64,000 bases of DNA from positions 15,182 through 79,181 of the IMG/VR virus record IMGVR_UViG_3300032280_000651. One strand, 5' to 3'. Positions 28,466-38,246 of this stretch are shown in pieces. Each line of letters opens with the position of its first letter. Position 1 is the first letter of the stretch. The notes beneath the pieces are model-generated. The model saw only the letters and a list, made by a program, of their open reading frames with translations. It did not search any database and was not told the origin of the DNA. Source of the DNA: a virus (lineage: Duplodnaviria; Caudoviricetes). Made by a program: the position numbers and the translations under genes.

Positions 28466-29310
28466 AAATTTTAATAGCAGACGTATTATTGGCAGGAAGA
28501 CCACACTCTGATTGGAAAGAAGGTTATGAGTTTTGTTATGCCTTTAGAAATTTAGGACATGAATGTGATGTTTATGGTCCTAATGGAGAAAATTCTGAAG
28601 TAGATATACCTAAAGTGGCCGATAATTATGATTTAATAATTATTACTGAAAACTATCCACAAGCGTCAGGATGGAAATGGTGGGATTGGGGTTCTATAAA
28701 AACACCGAAACTATTTTGGGCGATTGATACACATTTAGTAAACTTTTTACCTTGGTTACAAAATGCTGGTATAAACTATGTAGCCTTTAATAATCCTGAT
28801 GATTTAGAAAGATATAAACTAAATAATTCATTTTGGATGCCATATGGCTCCTCTAAAATACATCACATGGTAAAATATACTGATGAAAAAACTAGAGATC
28901 TAGTTTTTATCGGTGGTCTACTACCAGAGAGAAAAAGAATATGTGACAAGTTTGGTATAGAATGTTTATCGGCATTTGGTATTGACTATGTTAAAGAAAT
29001 GCAAGCATCTAAAATTTGTTTCAATCAATCAATGTCATATGATATAAACTCAAAATATTTTGAAATTATGTCAAGTGGTTCATTTATGTTGACAAATTAT
29101 AATAAATATTTTCACGAATTTTTAGACTTTAATGAGGATGTTGAGAAGATGTTTTATTATAATGATGATGATTTAGGAGAAAAGATAAACTACTATTTAA
29201 ACAATCCTGAAGAAAGGGAAGAGATTGCAAAAAGAGTATATGACTTTATTTATGAAAATCATACTTATGAGAATAGAGCTAAACTAATACTTTCAAAATT
29301 GATAGTATAA
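28462..29310 (+). CDS. CgeB-like glycosyltransferase
   Basis: DLVFIG, SKICFN, KYFEIMSSG, ENHTYENRA. Confidence 0.75.
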   Translation: MKILIADVLLAGRPHSDWKEGYEFCYAFRNLGHECDVYGPNGENSEVDIPKVADNYDLIIITENYPQASGWKWWDWGSIKTPKLFWAIDTHLVNFLPWLQNAGINYVAFNNPDDLERYKLNNSFWMPYGSSKIHHMVKYTDEKTRDLVFIGGLLPERKRICDKFGIECLSAFGIDYVKEMQASKICFNQSMSYDINSKYFEIMSSGSFMLTNYNKYFHEFLDFNEDVEKMFYYNDDDLGEKINYYLNNPEEREEIAKRVYDFIYENHTYENRAKLILSKLIV

Positions 29311-29331
29311 AAAATAAAAATAAAAATAAAA

Positions 29332-29940
29332 ATGTATAAAAGTCAACAAAATGAAGATGAAGTATTATTTCAAAAATACTTAAACTATGAAAACGGTTTT
29401 TTTATAGAACTCGGTGCAATGGATGGATTACTTTATTCAAACTCATACTTTTATGAAATGAACTTAAATTGGAAAGGTATTCTTATAGAACCAACGGATC
29501 TATATAACTCTCTAATTATAAATAGACCCAATTGTTACAACTTTAATTATGCAATATCTGAGATTGAAGGAGAAGTAGAATTTATAGGTGGTGATGCTAT
29601 CGGTGGAATGACACATACAATGGATGATAAACATAGAAAAGGATGGGAGTTAGATAGGAATTCAACTTTTATGGTTAAATCTGTTCCTATATCAAAAATA
29701 GTAGACGAACTTAAAGTCGAAAAAGTTGATCTATTTTCAATAGATGTAGAAGGTGGTGAGTTAGAAGTTTTAAAAACTTTTAATTGGAATATACCGGTTT
29801 ATATAGTTTTAATTGAGATGGCAAAACATGATCTAGTAAAAGATGATGAATGTCGTGAATTTTTAATTAAAAAAGGATTTGGATTTGACATGGAAATAGG
29901 TTGTAATGAAGTTTGGATAAATAAAAATTTTATGAAATGA
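29332..29940 (+). CDS. FkbM family methyltransferase
   Basis: FIELGAMDG, GILIEP, FSIDVEGGE. Confidence 0.85.
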   Translation: MYKSQQNEDEVLFQKYLNYENGFFIELGAMDGLLYSNSYFYEMNLNWKGILIEPTDLYNSLIINRPNCYNFNYAISEIEGEVEFIGGDAIGGMTHTMDDKHRKGWELDRNSTFMVKSVPISKIVDELKVEKVDLFSIDVEGGELEVLKTFNWNIPVYIVLIEMAKHDLVKDDECREFLIKKGFGFDMEIGCNEVWINKNFMK

Positions 29941-30137
29941 AAAAAATCGGTGCAGGTGGTGAGATTTATGATCAACCTTTAGGAAAATCATACGGTATTG
30001 ATATAGAAGCTAAAATGACACAAATGTTAGCTGATGAACTATCAAAATCAATAGATACTCAAATACTAAATGAACTTTTTAGTAAAAGAAATAAAAGAAA
30101 AATAAAGATTGAAAATATACTTAAATCTTTTGTATAA
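29937..30137 (+). CDS. Mini-protein resembling a major capsid protein fragment
   Basis: YGIDIEAKMTQMLADELSKSIDTQIL followed by the C-terminal RKIKIENIL motif. Confidence 0.6.
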   Translation: MKKIGAGGEIYDQPLGKSYGIDIEAKMTQMLADELSKSIDTQILNELFSKRNKRKIKIENILKSFV

Positions 30138-30720
30138 TCTGTGGAACATTACCTAATTCAAGTACTTTACTTTGATTAAGTAAGAACTCAATATCATAAA
30201 AGTTAAAATGGAAGGTTATCGTAAATTCTTTTGCGTTAACCTTTTGTTGTGAATAGTTGAAAGTATTATCAGATAAAGATTTTAAAATAATCTCATAAAA
30301 TCTTATAACATAAATTGCATCTCTATGTATATCAACACAAGCAATTGTAAATGGTTCTAGAAAAGCATTCTCTACATCTAAATAATGTTTACTAATAATA
30401 TCAAACATCAACCAATAATTTAAGTCAGAATCAACCGATCTAAATGTAACTGTTAAATCATGTGTAGTTGTTATATCTTGAATATTCTTGGCAGGTTTTA
30501 AGAATCTTTCCTTACCTCTAACTTCAATACGTTTTACTAAATCAAAAGATATACCAGGGAAATTTACACCCTTAATAGTAGAGTTTAAATAATCAATTAC
30601 ATTCTCATATTGAACCCAGTTCTTCTCAAGAATTGGTGTATAAGTATCTATAACCTCAGGTTTTAAAAAAGCTTGAGGTAGATTGAATATAAACTGACTG
30701 GCCTGACTGGATAATCTCAT
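30121..30720 (-). CDS. Putative structural protein (tail tube/baseplate-like)
   Basis: 199 aa; beta-rich pattern with LTVTF and FTITF; adjacent to a large structural-like gene. Confidence 0.4.
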   Translation of the reverse strand: MRLSSQASQFIFNLPQAFLKPEVIDTYTPILEKNWVQYENVIDYLNSTIKGVNFPGISFDLVKRIEVRGKERFLKPAKNIQDITTTHDLTVTFRSVDSDLNYWLMFDIISKHYLDVENAFLEPFTIACVDIHRDAIYVIRFYEIILKSLSDNTFNYSQQKVNAKEFTITFHFNFYDIEFLLNQSKVLELGNVPQIIQKI

Positions 30721-30730
30721 ATTTTACTTA

Positions 30731-32605
30731 TTAGTTTGTTGCTCCTGGTTTTGGAGTAGGTACTTGTTCATTTATTAGTTTTCTTGTTACAATCGCAGTT
30801 TCCTTAGTTGTGTTAGGATCTAATATAATACTTGGATTAACTGTTGCCGCAAATGCCGCTTGATCATTTAAAGCAGATACATTCGATTTACTGTCATATA
30901 TTTTAAATAATCCTGTATAGATTACTGACGTGGTAGATTGGCTCTTACCTGTAATATAAAACACATTTACACCAGAATCATATATCTTTTTGATCTCGTT
31001 AAATCTATTTTGATTTACTTTGAATACTACTTGACCAATTGCTAAATTTATATCACCTGATTCCGTAAATAATGGAAATGTAATTTGATTTTGATCATTT
31101 TTAATAACAAAACTAATCTCACTAATACCAGTTAAGTTAAAGTATTCTGGTTTACTATCTGGTCCAGTTGCAATATAAAACTTAACAACATTATCAAATG
31201 GATATAAAAGTATTTGAATTTTACCAAATCCATAGAACATAGTATTATTAAAAAGTGCATTGTCAGACTTAGCAATAATATTGAATCTATCAACTAATAC
31301 TGGAAAAGGAACTTTAACAGTCTCAACTATTACACCACCTTGTGATGTTAGATTATTCATACCTTGTGTATTACCATTACCACCATTTAATCCATTTCCA
31401 TTTATACCACCTAAAACTAATGAACCATTTGTGTTTCCTAAACCACCAATTAATGCAGTATTAATAGATGTTTTAATGTTATAAATCTTAGGATTGGCCA
31501 CATTTTTAACATTTATCTTCATCATATTCAATGAATACTTTGATAATTGATCCTGTAGCATACCATAAGAAGCTTTTCTAATAATAGTAGTTTCATCAAC
31601 TGAATCAATCAATCTCATTTCAACATCAATGATAGCAGTAGTTGTAGAATATTTTATAATAGGTCTGTATTCAATAGTTTCATTGAAGTTATCTGTTACC
31701 GTAATTGTAATAGTTTTTCCACGAATATTTTGTTCATAAGTTGTAATATCATATTGTACATAGTAATTTCTATCTAAAGTATATGAATCATCTATAAACT
31801 TTTTAAATCCAAAAATTGTATCATTATAAGTACCATATATCTCAAAGAAATCTCCATTTGATGAATGTTGAATAACTAAACCTAATTTTTCAAATTCTGG
31901 AGTTTGTGGTATTGTAGTTGTATTTGCAGCAGTTAGTAAATAAGTAGTTACACTATTAACTGTTTGTATATTAGTTATAAAGTGAAAATCTATAAATACT
32001 GGTGCAGTTGTACTTAAACCAACATTATTAGTTAAGTTGTAGTTAACACTATTTTCTTTTGGTGCGCCATTAAGAATTTGTGATGATATTTCACTTAAAG
32101 CAGGAATATCAACTGATATGTTTTTACCCCATAACTTTTCTTGAAATAATAGTGGTGGTGAAGTAAAGTTCAACAAATATTGTTGACTAATACTTGTCAT
32201 ATCAAAGTAAAAGTTTGATAGTTCATAACTCTTAGTATTAGTATAATCATAAGCATAAACTCTTATATGAAATCCTAAATACTCACCAAATATCCAATTT
32301 ATAGGTACGTGTATTCTTAAAGTATCATGTCTTAATGGATTACCAGCAGAATAATTTTTAATTTGTAGAAATGAATATTTTGTAGTATCTACTTTACCAA
32401 ATTTAGTAGATAAACTATCTAATTTGAATAATTGATTACCAATTATATTACCAGTCATACTGCTTTCACCAGCAATATAGGAATTACCCCTTGATTTAGA
32501 ATTAACTAAAATATTATAGGAATCTGCAATAAGATTACCATCATCGTAAATATACTCTAAAAGAATATTTTTATCAAGCTTTATATACTTAGAAATTTTA
32601 GACAT
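30731..32605 (-). CDS. Large hypothetical protein, probably structural
   Basis: 624 aa with a G/N-rich linker. Confidence 0.7.
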   Translation of the reverse strand: MSKISKYIKLDKNILLEYIYDDGNLIADSYNILVNSKSRGNSYIAGESSMTGNIIGNQLFKLDSLSTKFGKVDTTKYSFLQIKNYSAGNPLRHDTLRIHVPINWIFGEYLGFHIRVYAYDYTNTKSYELSNFYFDMTSISQQYLLNFTSPPLLFQEKLWGKNISVDIPALSEISSQILNGAPKENSVNYNLTNNVGLSTTAPVFIDFHFITNIQTVNSVTTYLLTAANTTTIPQTPEFEKLGLVIQHSSNGDFFEIYGTYNDTIFGFKKFIDDSYTLDRNYYVQYDITTYEQNIRGKTITITVTDNFNETIEYRPIIKYSTTTAIIDVEMRLIDSVDETTIIRKASYGMLQDQLSKYSLNMMKINVKNVANPKIYNIKTSINTALIGGLGNTNGSLVLGGINGNGLNGGNGNTQGMNNLTSQGGVIVETVKVPFPVLVDRFNIIAKSDNALFNNTMFYGFGKIQILLYPFDNVVKFYIATGPDSKPEYFNLTGISEISFVIKNDQNQITFPLFTESGDINLAIGQVVFKVNQNRFNEIKKIYDSGVNVFYITGKSQSTTSVIYTGLFKIYDSKSNVSALNDQAAFAATVNPSIILDPNTTKETAIVTRKLINEQVPTPKPGATN

Positions 32606-32634
32606 TTGTTGTAAAACAATTTTAAGATATATAT

Positions 32635-32669
32635 AAAAAAAAAGAACCTTCTTATTGAAGGTTCTCTTT
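32635..32669 (-). terminator. Intrinsic terminator
   Basis: GAACCTTC-TTATT-GAAGGTTC next to an A tract (T tract on the minus strand). Confidence 0.7.
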
Positions 32670-33065
32670 AATTAATCTATTCTGAACAGATGTTATTATT
32701 TGTTCATCTGTTAAGTCAAAATGTTTTTCTTTTATTTGTCTATACAGTTCTTGTTCTTCTAAAGCTAGTTTCTCAATCTCTTTATTTAAAGGATCTACAG
32801 AACTTTCTAATGCCTTTCCATCTTCTTCAACCTCATTTAGAATCTTAACTAACTCTATTAAAAATTGATTAGAATCTTTCTTACCACTCTTATCATTTTT
32901 ACTTTCTTCAACCTGATGTTGAAGATCATCTATTTTAGAAATAGTTGCTTCAAGTTTATCAGATACTTCCTGAGCTTTCTTTTGATAAAGTTCCATATTA
33001 TTTGATAACTTTAAATAAGTTCTTCTAATTCTTACTGCATTTTGTAAGTAAATCTCATCAACCAT
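32652..33065 (-). CDS. Coiled-coil hypothetical protein
   Basis: 137 aa, heptad-rich. Confidence 0.75.
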   Translation of the reverse strand: MVDEIYLQNAVRIRRTYLKLSNNMELYQKKAQEVSDKLEATISKIDDLQHQVEESKNDKSGKKDSNQFLIELVKILNEVEEDGKALESSVDPLNKEIEKLALEEQELYRQIKEKHFDLTDEQIITSVQNRLIKENLQ

Positions 33066-34033
33066 TATTTTACCATTTCTTTTTTAACACGTGGCTTACG
33101 TGGTGCTCTTGTTTTAGTAGTCTTAACAGGATCCTCACCTTCTTTTATTACTTGTGATGATGGTGGTGTTGGTTTCTGTGTTACCGAATCCGTTATTTGA
33201 TCATTTATTGGTTTTGGAAATGATTCAACTTTATCCTTACCATAAACCAATGTATTGATTTTACTTTTAATCATACTTCTAATCACTTCTGGATTTTTCA
33301 AAAGTTCATTAGTAAATTCATCTGCTAAGAAATCAATAATACTTGTCTCATAGGAATCTTCCATCATTTCGATAAAATCTAAACGAGGAATTTTATTTTT
33401 AATATCCAAATTGATATTAAACTCAACAATTCTTTTTACTCCTTTAAACATTTTTATAATAGGATCTTCTACCTCTACTCTTTGAACTGGTTGAACATAC
33501 TCTCTATTAACTTCTTCTAACGGTTCTCTATTTACTTCAACTCTTGTTACTTGCTCTTGAACCGGTTGTTGATATTGAGGAACTTGTGGTAATTCATCTT
33601 GTGAATCTTCTCCTAATATTTTAGCAAACGCTTCATTTTGTCTTTGTAATGATTCTACTGGTGGACTAACAATACCATACTTAGCAGCTAATGCTGCTTT
33701 TTCATCTTCTTCTGTTGTCATTGAAACAATAGATTCTTCAACACCTCTTGGTATATCAATTCTTTCAACACCAGCAACATTTACTTCACCAGAATCATCA
33801 ACGATTTGATCAGTTGGTATATTTTTAATCTTTTCTGCTAATATATTATAAGCACCTTGATTATTAAAGAAACTTAATGGATCAATTTCTTCTGTGTATA
33901 GTGCTGGATTCATAAGAGCATTTACATTTACTTTTTGTTTATTCTCCAAAATTGCAATGTTCTCAAATGAATCAATAACGGTTACTATTTCACCTGTTAA
34001 GTTGTTTTTAAAACTTTTATTTGCTAAACTCAT
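33065..34033 (-). CDS. Hypothetical protein
   Basis: 322 aa, Q/V/P-rich central region. Confidence 0.75.
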   Translation of the reverse strand: MSLANKSFKNNLTGEIVTVIDSFENIAILENKQKVNVNALMNPALYTEEIDPLSFFNNQGAYNILAEKIKNIPTDQIVDDSGEVNVAGVERIDIPRGVEESIVSMTTEEDEKAALAAKYGIVSPPVESLQRQNEAFAKILGEDSQDELPQVPQYQQPVQEQVTRVEVNREPLEEVNREYVQPVQRVEVEDPIIKMFKGVKRIVEFNINLDIKNKIPRLDFIEMMEDSYETSIIDFLADEFTNELLKNPEVIRSMIKSKINTLVYGKDKVESFPKPINDQITDSVTQKPTPPSSQVIKEGEDPVKTTKTRAPRKPRVKKEMVK

Positions 34034-34111
34034 AGTTTATTTATATTTTTTTTCAGTGTTCCTTAATAGATTATATTAAATAATTATCAAAAGTTCATAC
34101 TATATTAAATA

Positions 34112-34139
34112 AAAAATCCCTAAATTATTAGGGATTTTT
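34112..34139. terminator. Intrinsic terminator
   Basis: AAAAATCCCTAA-ATTA-TTAGGGATTTTT. Confidence 0.8.
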
Positions 34140-34159
34140 ATTTATTCTAAGAGTAAATC

Positions 34160-35119
34160 TTACAAGTCACTAAAGAAATCGTCTTCGTCTTCGGTAGCTG
34201 TTGCAGTTGAAGTAGTATTTGTGAAACTATCTTCAAATTCAAAGTCTTCTGAAGCTGGTTTAGCAGCATTAGCACTTGGATAAGAAGCTGAAGCTTTACC
34301 AGTTAAGAAATTAGAAATTTCATTGATTTTAGCTTGTTGCTCTTCTGTTAGTTGTTTTGGTGCAAAGTCTTCTAACTCGTTACCTCTGTCAAGTAAAAAT
34401 TCTTTTACTTTACCTTGTGCATTTGGATCAATTTTACCATCTACAATTGGAGCGTTTTTGAAAACTGCTTTATCTTTAAAGTAGATTGGTAAAGAAGTAG
34501 CTTCTGGTTTGAACATACTCATTTTGTAATCTGGGTAAGTTTCGTCTCCTGTTTGAATTTCTTTAACAACCAATACGAAATCTTTACCAGCTGATAAATC
34601 AAATACGTTACAAGGAACGCCAGAGATTTCACCATTTTTCTCAGCAGAGATTTTATCTTTAATAGTTTTACCGTATTGGAAGATTAAGATTTTACCAACT
34701 AATTCTGGTTGTTGTTCGTCTTCAACTACTAAAACATAAGAATAGTATTTTTTAGAGTATTTTAATTGTTTTGATTTTTCAATTAAGATTGCATTTTTAG
34801 AGTTTTGCATTGTGTAATACAAATCTGTTAAAGGACATTTCTCATTAAAGTTTTTAGGTGAATCAAACCATCCACTTAATTCTTTTTGATTTTTGATGTC
34901 CACGTAATGCGTTATCTTTTCAATCGCGGATTGGCCTATCTTTCCTTCTTGAGTTAAGTTAGGTAAAAATCTTACTACTGATCTCCATCCTTTTTTCTTG
35001 TCTTTACATTTTGATAAATCTACTCTGTAAATTCCGTCATTGTTTGTTGTTTTTGCTTCATTTAAGAAGTCCATTTTGCTGTCTAGGCCGCCATTAAATA
35101 AATCGTCAAGTTCGTTCAT
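34160..35119 (-). CDS. T4 gp32-like single-stranded DNA-binding protein
   Basis: VRFLP, CPL, KKYYSYVLVVED, IFQYGKTI, YPDY, acidic tail EDEDDFFSDL. Confidence 0.85.
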   Translation of the reverse strand: MNELDDLFNGGLDSKMDFLNEAKTTNNDGIYRVDLSKCKDKKKGWRSVVRFLPNLTQEGKIGQSAIEKITHYVDIKNQKELSGWFDSPKNFNEKCPLTDLYYTMQNSKNAILIEKSKQLKYSKKYYSYVLVVEDEQQPELVGKILIFQYGKTIKDKISAEKNGEISGVPCNVFDLSAGKDFVLVVKEIQTGDETYPDYKMSMFKPEATSLPIYFKDKAVFKNAPIVDGKIDPNAQGKVKEFLLDRGNELEDFAPKQLTEEQQAKINEISNFLTGKASASYPSANAAKPASEDFEFEDSFTNTTSTATATEDEDDFFSDL

Positions 35120-35208
35120 TGCTTTTAATTTTTTTTTCTATATCGGTTTGACCCGATTACTATTTATATGAAAAAATTAAAAAAAGTTTAAAAAAAAGTT
35201 ATATTTTA

Positions 35209-35370
35209 TTAGGTTATTTTTAATTTTTTTTGTATATACTCGTCAATTAGTTTTTCAATAACTTTTGACTTGTCATATAGATTTTCATCTATATGTTTTT
35301 CAAAAACCTCGTATAGGTCCGGATCCATACTAAAATATATTTTAATTTTTCGTTTTCCTTTTTCTTTCAT
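35209..35370 (-). CDS. Ribbon-helix-helix DNA-binding protein (53 aa, not in the ORF track)
   Basis: MKEKGKRKIKIYFSMDPDLYEVFEKHIDENLYDKSKVIEKLIDEYIQKKLKIT. Confidence 0.7.
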   Translation of the reverse strand: MKEKGKRKIKIYFSMDPDLYEVFEKHIDENLYDKSKVIEKLIDEYIQKKLKIT

Positions 35371-35400
35371 AATTCTTTTATATTTTTAATGTTTGTTTGT

Positions 35401-35988
35401 TTAGTCGGAGTATCTATTTCCTTTAGATAAATTATCAGTTGCCCATAATGGTTGAAAGTTTGTGTATTTATTTAACTCATATACTTGTTCTTCTGTTTCT
35501 GCCCAACTTACTGGTGTCTTATGATCTAAGTGCCATTCTCCTTGGTTATCCCAGGACATTCCTTCAGTAAATAATCCTTCTATATATGATTTAAACTCTT
35601 CAAAAGAACATCCCAAAATCTCATTAGTTTTTGACCTTTTTGAAAAACCACCATTATAAAATGATATGTATATTAAGTTTCTAATTTTTACGGTTAAATG
35701 AAATAAATTATCATTCTTCTTCCTATTTGAGAGATAAATATTTCTTTTATCTCTATTCCTTATAGAGTATTCCTTATTTCTAGTTTTAATATATTCTCTA
35801 TTATTGTTGTAATTTAACTTATTTCTATCTTTAAGTAATTCCTTATTTTCTTGATAGTATTCTTTCATTTTTTCTTTTCTACTATCATTATAGATCTTAT
35901 TCATCATTTTATTACAATCTATACATACCGAATACCTTTTAAATTGAGATAACTCCTTTTCTATTTCACATTTACTACACTTTTTCAT
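35401..35988 (-). mobile_element. HNH-type homing endonuclease
   Basis: N-terminal CxxC pairs; WHLDHKTP...NFQPLWATDNLSKG. Confidence 0.8.
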
Positions 35989-36051
35989 ACTATTATATAT
36001 TAAATAAGTGTTTCTCCCTTTTCTACTTTTTCTCCCTTATTTAAAAAATAA

Positions 36052-36075
36052 AAAGTCGAACAAATGTTCGACTTT
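36052..36075 (-). terminator. Intrinsic terminator
   Basis: AAAGTCGAAC-AAAT-GTTCGACTTT. Confidence 0.75.
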
Positions 36076-36079
36076 ATTT

Positions 36080-36562
36080 TTAAAACTTCATATCTAATAT
36101 GAACTCATAACTGATACCTCTATCATTGTGAGTTAGTTTTACCGTATGTGAAAACTCAGTATGTGGAAACTCTTCTCCAAATATACTTTCATTTTTAAAC
36201 TCCATTTCTAAGTGTTTGAGTCCAGTTTCAATGTCAAGAAAGTCTTCTGTTAAAGAGCCAAATACCTTTGCATAACCACCTAATGTTTTATCTTCTTTAC
36301 TATAATTACCTATAATTCTATATCTACCATAAAATCCAATGTGATCTGCTTTATTTACTTTTGATATAGAAGTTTGTGCATCACGATCAAGTGCGGCCAC
36401 AAAGTGATCATCTAATAAATCCTTAGTATCTTCTAAAATCTCATTGAAAATAGTTTTTAGATACAACATATCATAATCCTTTTTAGGTGGTGTTCTATCA
36501 TCATCATAACCCCAGAGTTCTCTTGCACTAAATAGTGCTTCGTTATACTTTCTTAATTTCAT
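36080..36562 (-). CDS. Hypothetical protein with CTS-like N-terminus
   Basis: MKLRKYNEAL. Confidence 0.7.
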   Translation of the reverse strand: MKLRKYNEALFSARELWGYDDDRTPPKKDYDMLYLKTIFNEILEDTKDLLDDHFVAALDRDAQTSISKVNKADHIGFYGRYRIIGNYSKEDKTLGGYAKVFGSLTEDFLDIETGLKHLEMEFKNESIFGEEFPHTEFSHTVKLTHNDRGISYEFILDMKF

Positions 36563-37854
36563 TACTTTAATCTAATACTTTTTATCCTTTCGGTTTGATA
36601 CTTAGATATATCTATATTTTTATGTTGATCTAATAAATCAACAATCTTTTGATACATTTGAATTGTGATGCGACAATCTGTAATAGCATCATGATAACCA
36701 GACATATTAATTCCAAGTGCCGGGCCCACTTTACTCATTGAAGATGAAATCAATCCATTATCTCTTGTTGAAGTTCCAATAAAATCTACCATTTTTTGAT
36801 AAGTTACATCAGTTTCTGCTAACTTTTGAAGAAGTGGTAAGAAATATAATTGAATTAACATTTTCGTGTCTAAGACTTCATTATTTATTTTATGACCATA
36901 TCTACCAGATAACATTTGCATATCAAATCCCGCGTTCTGTGCAACTAATAAACAAGGTGAGAACTCATTTATCCAATCGAAAAACTCATCTACGATTTGT
37001 CTTTCATCTTTATATTTATATCCACCTGAACCATAATGATTAAAACTTAGAATTCTTCTGTTACCACCATCAGGTTGGTTATATCTTGTCTTTAATTCAG
37101 ATGTTAGTTTTATCTTCTCATCAAAAGAACCAATCTCATTAAATGTATTTGAATTGAAATCGTATTCAGTTGCAAGAGCAGAAACTTGTGTTAGTTGTTC
37201 GTGTTTAGGTCCTAATAAGCCGGTAGTTTCCGTGTCTAAAAATAACCAAGGTAGATTAGACTTACTTTTAAGAAATTTTAACATTTCAGGTATAGTTTTA
37301 TACCACATTTTATTTTCATTTACTTTATATAAACTATCTTCTCCTTTATGAGAATATGTTATTTTATCAATTCCATTTATTTCTAATCTTAAATCTTTAC
37401 AATACTTATCGCCAGTACCTTTCTTAATATAACCAATTGTTATATGTGGATTAAATGAATGTCTATTATAGTTATGTATATGTTGACTTAAATAAGTATG
37501 TATCTTTTTCAAATAAGGATTATCTTCAACTTTTATAACTAATATATCATAGTTATTACCTTCAAATACTTCAATGTTCTTAGTGACTACCGTAATTGGT
37601 TCATCTTTCACGACTGCATCTAAATGTGGTTTAACCTCATCAAATGTTATTGACTTTTTAATTGGATAAAGTAAAGTTAAGTGAGCTCTCTTTTGAAGAC
37701 CAAATGGTATCTTACCACCCTGAACATCATAAATGTCTTCTTCGTTAATAATAGATAATATCTCATCCCAGTTAGAAATTGGAAGTTCTAACATTATACA
37801 ACCATTTTCATATTCAAATGATTCAAAAACATTATATTTTATTATGTGGTTCAT
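36562..37854 (-). CDS. 2H phosphoesterase (Acb1-like) fused to a DEDDh exonuclease
   Basis: HLTLLY and PHITIGY; then LDTETTGL, AQNAGFD, HDAITDC. Confidence 0.8.
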   Translation of the reverse strand: MNHIIKYNVFESFEYENGCIMLELPISNWDEILSIINEEDIYDVQGGKIPFGLQKRAHLTLLYPIKKSITFDEVKPHLDAVVKDEPITVVTKNIEVFEGNNYDILVIKVEDNPYLKKIHTYLSQHIHNYNRHSFNPHITIGYIKKGTGDKYCKDLRLEINGIDKITYSHKGEDSLYKVNENKMWYKTIPEMLKFLKSKSNLPWLFLDTETTGLLGPKHEQLTQVSALATEYDFNSNTFNEIGSFDEKIKLTSELKTRYNQPDGGNRRILSFNHYGSGGYKYKDERQIVDEFFDWINEFSPCLLVAQNAGFDMQMLSGRYGHKINNEVLDTKMLIQLYFLPLLQKLAETDVTYQKMVDFIGTSTRDNGLISSSMSKVGPALGINMSGYHDAITDCRITIQMYQKIVDLLDQHKNIDISKYQTERIKSIRLK

Positions 37855-38189
37855 TATTTCTTTACTTTACCTTGTTTCTTTTCATAATCTAAATCAAACT
37901 TAACTTTTGGTTTAGGTTCTGGTGCAAATGGTCCAATAAGATTCTTTAGGTTCCAAGATGGAATAAATTTCTTATTGTGTTTCTCGAAATCTTCATAAGA
38001 TTCAATCCCAGTATCAATAGGATTTTGAATATAATCTATATTCGCTCCTTGTTTATTCATATCAGATATTCTGTTACCAATGTCAGTACTTGCAGACACC
38101 TTCATAACTTTTTTTAACTGATCTACCGATTGTTGTCTAGGAAGTGCTTCATTCACTTCATCAAACTCATTAAATTTTAATATTTTCAT
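37854..38189 (-). CDS. Hypothetical protein with CTS-like N-terminus
   Basis: MKILKFNEFDEVNE. Confidence 0.7.
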   Translation of the reverse strand: MKILKFNEFDEVNEALPRQQSVDQLKKVMKVSASTDIGNRISDMNKQGANIDYIQNPIDTGIESYEDFEKHNKKFIPSWNLKNLIGPFAPEPKPKVKFDLDYEKKQGKVKK

Positions 38190-38215
38190 AATGTTATATA
38201 TTAAAATCTATAACT

Positions 38216-38246
38216 AAAAAACCCACTCGAAAGTGGGTTGGTTTTT
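38216..38246 (-). terminator. Intrinsic terminator after nrdB
   Basis: AACCCACT-CGAA-AGTGGGTT. Confidence 0.7.
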
